In this document: piece after piece, positions 53,612 to 64,000 of the stretch
Numbering within the stretch: position 1 is the stretch's first letter
Layout of the letters: each line of letters starts with the position of its first letter
Assembly: GCA_951406725.2 (NCBI GenBank)
Contig: OX597838.1
Coordinates: forward strand, 5,766,001-5,830,000
Direction: 5' to 3'
Source of the DNA: Octopus vulgaris
Lineage: Eukaryota
DNA length: 64,000 nucleotides
Position numbers and translations under genes: made by a program
The notes under the pieces: generated by a model
The model's database searches: none
What the model was told of the DNA's origin: nothing
The model's input: the letters and a program-made list of their open reading frames with translations, nothing else

Positions 53612-54215
53612 AAGATTGAGACGACAAAAGCACGTTAAGGGTAACGATCACAATTTGAGACCATGCTCTTTCCTTTCAACCACATGAAATATCAGCTTAA
53701 GAATCCCTCAAATCATAATGTACAATAAATGGATCATATCGAAGCTCAGTAAGGGTTAACGTGGACGAAACAAAAACAGCAACGTAATCAATAACAACAA
53801 CTAAACTATATCGATAATTTGAAGTACATCCGAAAGCAGAACAAAATACGTAAGTTAAATAAAATGAAAATCCGCTCATGCCTGACTCAGAAATGATTTC
53901 TCGGCCCATTTAGCATTGGTTATGTTTTGGATATATTTAAATGCCGTTTAAATATTTATGCATGCTAGCTAATGTTTCTTGTTGTAATTATATATATTTT
54001 GTGGGACTTGTACGTGTGATTTCTATTTTCTTTCATCAAGAATTCCTTAAATTGTTCTTCACTTAAACGAATCTGATTTTCCAATTTTCCCTCGATGGAA
54101 ACTTGCTTTTGGGGATATTTTTTTTCCGCTGTGCTCTCGCAAAAATTGATATTTTAACCCATCAAATTTATCACCGCTCCGCTCCAGTGGATCTTATCTC
54201 AGCAAGAACTCATGG

Positions 54216-54260
<45 letters not shown>

Positions 54261-54512
54261 AGAATGCATATGAGTATAAGCAAATATATATATATATATA
54301 TATATATATACAAATAAGTATTTCTTATGAGTGCATGTGTATCTACGTCTATCTATTTACCTGTTCATAAACATACGTACACACGTGAATACAATATTTA
54401 TGTGTGACTATATAGAAGCGCAAATACGCAATCTCATACTCACCTAAACACACGTTCATGCCAATGTGTGTAAATATGTGTGTGTAAAAGAATATATATA
54501 TATATATATAAC

Positions 54513-54554
<42 letters not shown>

Positions 54555-54677
54555 CATATGTATATATATGTTATATATGTACAGATATATATATATGTAT
54601 ATATACATATGTATATAGATATATCTATCCATCTTTCTATATATATATATATCTATCTATATATAAATATAAACTAT

Positions 54678-54744
<67 letters not shown>

Positions 54745-55329
54745 AGATGCGCACCTCCACATACACAGGTACGCACACATATGGAATGAAATGAAGATTA
54801 AAAAATGATGTGAGAAAAAAGAAATTTTGAATATGATATGAATGGCAGGATGAAATCTCTCAGAGTAAAGGAAGGCAAAAAGAAAATAAACGGAATGCAA
54901 AATGAAATTATTTCTATAAACGATGTGATTTTCGAACGAGATATGGAATGTAATATTCTCCTATTTTTTTACGAACAGGGAATGAAAAATAATGGATGTT
55001 GTGGTAAATAATGTACCGTGTTGTTTTACTTACAAATATTCTTATATTTATTGATAATACGGAATGTTCTATTGGTGATTAGAATATCTTAAGTGTTCGA
55101 TAAAATATATTGTGATATTTACTTCTTATTTTCTCGGTTCTAATCAAACATGCCTCAACTTTGTTTCTTATACAATCCAGGATGCAAACTGAAACAGTGT
55201 TAAAAAATATGTCATTTAGTCATAGCGATGCAGTAGTCTGACATCACTTTTACAGAAATGCAAGGTTTGCGATATGTACATCAAAAGAATTGCATTATTG
55301 TTTAATAAGCAAGCTGGATAAAGTCCCTA

Positions 55330-55720
55330 TTGGCATTTCGTCCGTTTTTACCTACTGCGTTTAAATTCCACCGAGATCGACTTTGCCTTTCATCATATCA
55401 GGATCAATAAAATAAGTAGTAGTCGATCAGTGACGTCGATGCAACCGACCGAACTCCACACACGAAATTAGTGGCCTTGTGCGAAAATTTCATTCTATTG
55501 TTAAAGGCAGCTAGCTGACAGAATCGTTAGTACGCCGGTCAAACTGCTTAGCGGCGTTTCGTTCGTCTTTGCGTTTTGAGTACAAATTCCACCGAGGTCA
55601 ACTTTGCCGTTCATCAAATCGTGATCAATAAATTAAATAACAGTGAAACACTGTGGTCGATGTAATTCACTATTCTCCTCCACACAAAATATCAGTCCTT
55701 GTGCCTTCAGTAGAAAGGAT
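55330..55720 (+). mobile_element. Two diverged SINE family B copies (alternative tail)
   Basis: aaattccaccgag.tc.actttgcc occurs twice; tails ccttgtgc...; the second runs into (ATT)n. Confidence 0.7.
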
Positions 55721-55782
55721 TATTATTATTATTACTATTATAATTATTATCATTATTATTATTATCATTATCATTATTATTA

Positions 55783-55813
<31 letters not shown>

Positions 55814-55897
55814 GATCATCATCATTATTATTATTATGATTAGTATTATTATTATTATTATCATTAATATTATTATTATTATCATCAATATTATTAA
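55719..55897. repeat. (ATT/ATC)n microsatellite continuing a SINE tail
   Basis: Directly visible. Confidence 0.9.
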
Positions 55898-57312
55898 TGT
55901 GGTAATTTGACACAGTCATCCACGTGTTAGACAGAATCCTTAGTAGCATTTTTCTCGCGAAATATTACTCTCTGAAATGAAATTCCGTCATGTTATATTT
56001 AATCATTGACGTAACTTTTGCACAAAAATGAAATGTACCGTTCGTTTTGCTTACAAAACAAGAAGCTTCAATGTCGGTGAATGTTTTTTCTCCAATACCT
56101 GGTATAGAAAAACATGTATGTTTTTTCTCTGGATATATTATATATTCATTTATGTTGAGTTCAACATAGCTTCTCGGTCTGCAGGAGCGAACAAGAAGTG
56201 TCTCTCCATGTCAAATAACAGAAAGCCATATAAAAACAGATTACGAACAAAAAGAGGAAGAGAAACTCAGTGGAGAGCCACATGTTATTTAAGAAATGGA
56301 GAAAAAAACAAAAAATTTAACGATAATAGCCAAAGGCAGTTTTACATGAAATGCAGAACGGAATAATAATACAGAATTTGCTAATGTTGTTAGTCAAACT
56401 AGAGCTAAATGTTAGTTAGTCGTGGAAAAAATAAGGTAGTACCAGTGTGTCACTAAAAGAAGCATTCCATTACCTGAAGAATTTTTGTAATAGTTTCAAA
56501 ACACGTTTGTAGAATAAATTCTTAAATAACATTACCAAAATCAAAGGATCTCAATTCTTTTCCATATATTTTACGCAGATGAAAATATGACCTATTAAAA
56601 ACATTCACGTATATTTTCTTAGACAAGTTGCATGACGAATCGTTTGCACGCCGGACTTTACGTTCTGAGGTCAAATTTTACTAATGCTGACGTTTTCTTT
56701 CACCGTTTAGTGAAGTCGACTATCACTCTTCACGCAAAATTTTAGGTTCTTTGGCCATAGCATAAAGTCTAATACGTTACCGGTGCCACATCGGCGTTTG
56801 CCGAACGATATACATAGTCGTATGAATTCAAGTTCATTAGTTTCTGATTTCTAATTCCAGCGAAATCGATTTTTACCTTTCATCTCGTAAGTATCAATAA
56901 AATAGATGCCAGTTCAGCAGAGAAAATCGAAGAACCTCGTAAATCTTCATGAATGAATTCTCGATTTTAGCTTTGCCATGAATAATCATTTCGAGGGATT
57001 GAACTGATGCGGAGGGATAGGATCTATGTTTTAAAATATCTATAAGTTTAATGGCATGGCATTGCCGTCCTTAATGATAACATATTGGAAAATACTGTAC
57101 AAATGATTAGCATATTTATAATAAACCCTTTTCAGCATTATCGGAATTAAGGTAAAGTCATTATCATAATACTCATTTATAAAGACTAGAGTTGTTTTTG
57201 TACCAATGGCAACTAAAAAGGCGTTCACTTGGTTTTCTATATTTTACATTAGTTAAATGCATATGTCATATCAGTAAATCTGTATATATGTTTGTAAATA
57301 TATGTATCTACC

Positions 57313-57376
<64 letters not shown>

Positions 57377-58025
57377 TGTGTGTGCGTGTGTGTGTATGTA
57401 TGCGTGTGTGTGTGTGTATGCACATTAGAAGAAATGTAATTCTTTATTTGATCATTTACATTAGTTGAATGCATACATTATTCAAATATATGTGGATATA
57501 TGCAGAGATAAGGACAAAAACAAAGCATTTTTCTCGCGTATATTTCTGCTTCAGTCTCTCTATTTCTAAGTGTCTGTTTATATTTAATATGTGTGAATCT
57601 ATTGATTGAAATATCGATATTCATCAAGAAATTAGCTTTATTTGACTGAATGAATCCGACTATCTTTGAATAATTTTTAGCTAAATTTATGTACACCAAG
57701 CAAATCCTAACTCTAAAATATATTACATAGAACGGTAGCTAGAAGTGGATATATCTTCGAAAAATCAGCAAGGTTTTATTCTACAGTTACAGCATGACTA
57801 ATTTGCTAAAAATATTTTCTGAAATGTTATCCATTTAAGTTCGGTGATAATACAGGATTAGCCTCATACCTTTCTGTATATTAGGTACTCAAAAAACTTA
57901 ATTGGTTTAAAAACTAGTTCTATCAGGTAATCAATAACAAGATTCATTTCGCAGAAATTTATGAAAAAAATCTAAAAGAAACAGGTAAGCAAGCAAATAT
58001 AAAAATCTTATGGTAAAGCAAACAA

Positions 58026-58079
<54 letters not shown>

Positions 58080-58238
58080 TATATAAACATATATAATTAT
58101 ATATACATATATAATATATATACATATATATATATGCATATATATGTATATATATATATACATATATATTTATGTATATATATATATATATGTTTATGTA
58201 TATGCATATATATGTATAAATATGTATATATATATACA

Positions 58239-58290
<52 letters not shown>

Positions 58291-59300
58291 ATACCTAAAG
58301 AAAAGGAAGAGAAAACAGAAACATATATAATATGCATATTACCCACACCCATATATACACACACATATATGTATATTTAAATATGAATATATACCTATAT
58401 CGATAATATTTTCTATAATATGTATACACGACAGCTAAAAAACATTCAAGTATGTAAAAATATTTGCTGCCAAGGTATAAATATTCATTATGAATTGAAA
58501 AATATCAAAGAGAAATTTAATGCAAATATAATTAAGCATATTAAGATGGGCGATGTGAATAAATAGAATTAATGCGTTTATGACCTTAACAAAATATGGA
58601 AACACCTTCGTTGCATAACCTGTACATATTCAATTCAAATAAGGTTTAAAAAACCGCGTATGACCCTCTAATTCCAAATTCCATAACCTCATTCATTTCC
58701 TATTGTTCGGTCGTACCGAAATTCTAACTTCAGGAGACGAAAATAAACCAAGGCAGCTTGCTAAGCGTTACATAAGCACAATCCATGAGAATAGCATAAT
58801 TATTACTTTCAAATCAAGAACTTGTGATTCTAAGATATGACATAATAAGAGATGAGTATCGTTGCGATGAAGTACCGCATTTAGTGTTTAATGAGAGAAG
58901 TTTAAAAAGGTGTTCAACGACTTGGCACCGGCTAATTTTGCCAGCATTGCAGAAAAGTCTGTTTCGATTGGAGAGTGTTAGTGAACATAACCCGGTCAAC
59001 ATACACGAAAGTCGTGTAATATACGCAAGGGAGACGTGTGATTTAAAGTGAGTCTATCTACAGTCAGACACACAGACACTCAAAGAGGCAGGCACGCACA
59101 TACAGAGAGAAAGTGGATCAAAAGTCACGAAAAGATTTCAATATTCAAGAATGTTAATGAAGATATAATAAATTAATGCAATAGAATAAAAACATAAGTT
59201 AATTTCTTTTGGTAGAGGTTTTAACAGGGAAAATTTCACGACGGAGCAGCGAACATAAATTCTGATATTTTACTATTATTAGCAAGGATCACTATTTCTA

Positions 59301-59382
59301 AATTTGAACTCAGAACGAAAAGAAAGATGAAATAGCTCTAAGCATTTCGCCCGACATGCTAACGTTACTGATAGCTCGCCTT
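59301..59382 (-). mobile_element. SINE family B head fragment
   Basis: tttgaactcagaacg...taagcatttcgcccgacatgctaacg...agctcgcc. Confidence 0.7.
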
Positions 59383-59386
59383 ATAT

Positions 59387-59437
<51 letters not shown>

Positions 59438-59451
59438 CATAGACGCACACG

Positions 59452-59485
<34 letters not shown>

Positions 59486-59489
59486 CATA

Positions 59490-59568
<79 letters not shown>

Positions 59569-59579
59569 AGAAAGAGAAA

Positions 59580-59637
<58 letters not shown>

Positions 59638-60103
59638 CAAACACACAACGTAACAATATATATTGGTTCAACTACAGTCCTATATTTAAAAGGAAATATA
59701 AATCGACCAGACAGAATTTCGCCAACTTCTGCGACATTTTCTATATGCGTCCAGTCTTCCACATCGCTCTCCTGTAAATCTGTTAATAATTGGAAAAAAT
59801 AAATGCAATCATCCTTTGAAACGTAGTCAAACTACCAATGTTTTGAGTGAAAGTATGTTCAATGAAATAAATCTCATTTGATCTAAATCAAATTTATTAC
59901 GAAAAATGCAATATGCATTGATATCTAATGAAAGTATAATATAGTAACTGAGACATATTTAATAAATATGAAATATCGAGTTGAAATACTGCCTTTTAGT
60001 TGAAAACAGAGTATAATGATATAGTTCGCCGCATTTCTTTCACCATGGTGACAGTGAAATATTAAAATATAAAATTTGAGGATGTATAAGAATTTGAAAA
60101 AGG

Positions 60104-60134
<31 letters not shown>

Positions 60135-60180
60135 AATATATATAAACCTATAAATGTGTATATACATATATGTACACATA

Positions 60181-60222
<42 letters not shown>

Positions 60223-60349
60223 TATATATATATGGTACATATGTATATGTAAATATATAGATGTATACAAACATATATATAAATATACACCGATACATAC
60301 GTATATATGTATATACATATATGCATATATATAGATGCATACACACACG

Positions 60350-60394
<45 letters not shown>

Positions 60395-60942
60395 GCATAT
60401 ACACATATATATAAATATCTATACATATAGACATGCATGTATATATATGTGTGTACACACAAATAAAGGCAAACAGATAAAGAGAGAAGCAATTTATGCA
60501 ATGATAGACAATATACAAAATTAAGTCGGTATAAACAATGACTAACACCATGCGTATCACTATGTGTATATGTGTACATACTTACATACACAGAGACAGA
60601 CATATAGATACTTAGATGGAGAATTAGTTAGATATTGAGATATATAGTTAGATAAAAAGGGCGATAGATAGATAGATGGATAAAGATATATAGCGAGAGA
60701 GAGGGTGGAGATAGAGATGGAGGAAGAAGGAGCCACACATGAAATCTGTGCGCGCAGACAAACACACACACACATACACACACACACATATATATATATA
60801 GAGAGAGAGATTTACGTGTGTTTGTGTCTGTGTTTCTATCTATCTATCTATATATATATATTTGCTTATATGCATATACATGTACATATTTATCCATACA
60901 CACACAACACACACACACACGCACACACACATACACGCACAT

Positions 60943-60987
<45 letters not shown>

Positions 60988-60989
60988 AA

Positions 60990-60994
60990 TAGAT

Positions 60995-61052
<58 letters not shown>
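60990..61052. repeat. (GATA)n microsatellite
   Basis: Directly visible. Confidence 0.95.
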
Positions 61053-61053
<1 letters not shown>

Positions 61054-61348
61054 CTGTTAGTTGGATAGAAAAATTAGACTGACAAAAACCGACACAGTGA
61101 GATGGAGTGACGGAGCGGTAGAGATTACGGAGAAGAAATAGTGCTACCAAAACTCATTAAATATTAAACAATTATAGTATGAAAATGTTCAATAACTTTT
61201 CACCCGAAGCAGGGACATCAGATTCGATGGGTGGCATGAAATTTGGATCGCAGCACACTATTGTACTTTGCATATTCTGTGCAACTCGCCTTCATTTTGT
61301 CTCTAGAATGTTAGCGGATATATATATCATATATCATATATATATATA

Positions 61349-61510
61349 GGCGCAAGGATGTGTGTGTTGTAAGAAGTTCGGTTCACAACCACATGGTCAC
61401 GGGATCAGACCCATTGCGCGGGAGATTGGCCGGTGTCTTCTAATACAGACTTGGGACGACCAACTTCTTGTGAGCGGACTTGGTAGACGGAAACTGAAAG
61501 AAGCCTGTCT
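61349..61510 (+). mobile_element. Old SINE family A 5' half
   Basis: ggcgcaagg...caaccacatggt...ttggtagacggaaactgaaagaagcctgtc. Confidence 0.7.
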
Positions 61511-61520
61511 TATATGTGTG

Positions 61521-61554
<34 letters not shown>

Positions 61555-61673
61555 TAAATGTGTGCGTGCGTATGTGTACGTCTGTGGGAGTCTTATCTGT
61601 ATATGTATATCTCTCTCTCCCCCTTTTTATTTCCACACACACACACATGCACATTCAAAAACACCCCCACGCA

Positions 61674-61715
<42 letters not shown>

Positions 61716-61760
61716 CATATATATATATACATACACACGTATACGCATATATATGTACAA

Positions 61761-61813
<53 letters not shown>

Positions 61814-62347
61814 GACATTTCTAAGTATACACATATGTAAATAATATATGAAGGCACATTCACATATACTTACGCATTGATATCATAGGGAGAAATCTCA
61901 ATCTCAAATGTTAATAAATCGCTGCAGTGGAAACAACATCGATTATTTTGATAAGAAATGGCTGATCATTTTGCGTTATTGTTTCACAGTTACCTGCCTA
62001 CGTTTTCCAGTTACATCCAGCCTGGACATCCATTAACAATGCTCAAATCATTTCAAATAAACTTATTCTTTTTTCAAGCGTTCAGAGAATATTCAGTGTT
62101 TGTATTGTGTCTAGATACTTGTGTTGTGTGTATGTTGTTTTCATAAGTCACGTGTGTTTTATGTCAATATGTGTATTTGTGTGTGCATGGGTATGTCTTA
62201 CTCTTGTGTATACGATTGCAGCACTTTCTCCTTTTTTGCATACATATACTTCTCAGTTATGCATATGCATATGCATTTAATATTTTACACAACAGTACAT
62301 TCATATCTCTCTATATATAATATATATATATATATACACACACACAC

Positions 62348-62408
<61 letters not shown>

Positions 62409-62699
62409 TTATACATACATACACACACATATATATATACACACATGCACACAAAAACATTGCTATTTTACAGATAGATAATATAATAGATAGGTAGGTA
62501 GAGACAAAGAGAGATTGATTGATAGGTAAGTAGACAGATAGATAGATACATGTAATTACATACACACAGTCACACACATATATACGTATATACATATATA
62601 CACATTATTTGTCCGTGTATGTCTACAGACACAAATAGACAAACACACAATATAGAGAGCGGAAACAGACAGAAACAAAGACAAATATATCCATACATA

Positions 62700-62773
<74 letters not shown>

Positions 62774-63464
62774 ATAGGAGACAACTAAATCTGCAAACGG
62801 AAGCAGAAATGGAGAAACTCAAGCTAGTGTGCATAATATGTATTATACTCTGCGTCAGGTGTAGGTCGAGTAATTTCATGTATTTTTCTGTATGTGTATG
62901 TTACTGTATGCAATGCGCATGCCTCTATCCACTGCTATTTATGTATGCGTGTGCTCTTCAAACAATGTACGGTTGACTTTCAACTAAAAGAAAGATGCTT
63001 CAAACAGTATTTTGAAAAGGGAAAACAAATTTAAAGAATGAGAAATATACCATCTATTATTTTGCACAAAGTACAGTATTCGGAATGTTCAATTGGCCAT
63101 TATTCCTAGAACTGTTTGAAAGAAAGTGTTAAATATAAAGAATCGATATATGGTTTTATTATCAGATAATGAAAGTCTGTACATTACACTTAACAAGGAT
63201 AAATAGGAAAAAAAGAAATAAATATTAAAAAAAATAATAATTTAAGACAAATTGAAACAAACAAACAAATAAACTTTTTCGATTTATGCCAGCTTTCACT
63301 TTCGATGTAAGGAATACGAATATTTGCCTCGCCGTGTTTATGTATGTCGTGTTTGGTTTGTTATTGTTGCCATGGCTGTGATTGTTGTTGCCTTTGTTGT
63401 TGTGGTTGCTGTTTTTATTTGGAATGATCGTTAGCTGGTCTCTGCGCATGCTTGCATATACATC

Positions 63465-63515
<51 letters not shown>

Positions 63516-63519
<4 letters not shown>

Positions 63520-63605
63520 ATATACAATATATGTGCTTGAATATTATAAACTGTTATATTTATATAAACATAAATATATATCACATCTATCTATCTATCT
63601 ATCTA

Positions 63606-63684
<79 letters not shown>

Positions 63685-63795
63685 AATATACAATATATGT
63701 GTTTGAATATTATAAACTGTTATATTTATATAAACATAAATATATATCACATCTATCTATCTATCTATCTATCTATCTCTCTCTCTCTCTCTCTA

Positions 63796-63830
<35 letters not shown>
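63516..63830. repeat. Tandem duplication with a period of about 166 bp
   Basis: tataatatacaatatatgtg.ttgaatattataaactg...cacatctatc plus (TATC)(TC)(TA) starts at both 63516 and 63682. Confidence 0.9.
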
Positions 63831-63837
<7 letters not shown>

Positions 63838-63846
63838 TAAATTGTA

Positions 63847-63907
<61 letters not shown>

Positions 63908-64000
63908 CAAAGTGGAGTTGTATATATATTTTATATGATCTCACAAAGCATATATATATCGAGTATTGTGGCCGAGTATGTGTGTAGGCGTGTATTATAT

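Overview
Strongly AT-rich eukaryotic DNA with no recognisable host gene; it reads as intergenic or deep-intronic sequence. The SINE families and the extreme (TA)n/(CA)n/(ATT)n/(GAT)n/(TTC)n microsatellite load look like a coleoid cephalopod, probably Octopus (inference from recognition, not a search). Nearly all listed ORFs are microsatellite or SINE translations. Supportable content: about 15 copies or fragments of one tRNA-derived SINE (family A, with an internal microsatellite), about 12 of a second (family B) and two minor SINE-like families; decayed transposase remnants (three Tc1/mariner, possibly hAT-like and Tigger-like); a CR1/L2-type LINE 3' fragment; an R4/Dong-type LINE fragment; and an intact 381-bp non-autonomous Helitron. 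The standout signal is a set of type I hammerhead ribozyme motifs from three distinct small non-coding element families, all at microsatellites. The best is a 493-nt, hairpin-rich, ORF-less unit with a 43-nt terminal direct repeat and a complete hammerhead (29115-29650). A diverged relative at 32329-32560 changes the sequence of all three helices yet still pairs in each. Together these look like a retrozyme / Penelope-dependent (possibly circular) RNA family.
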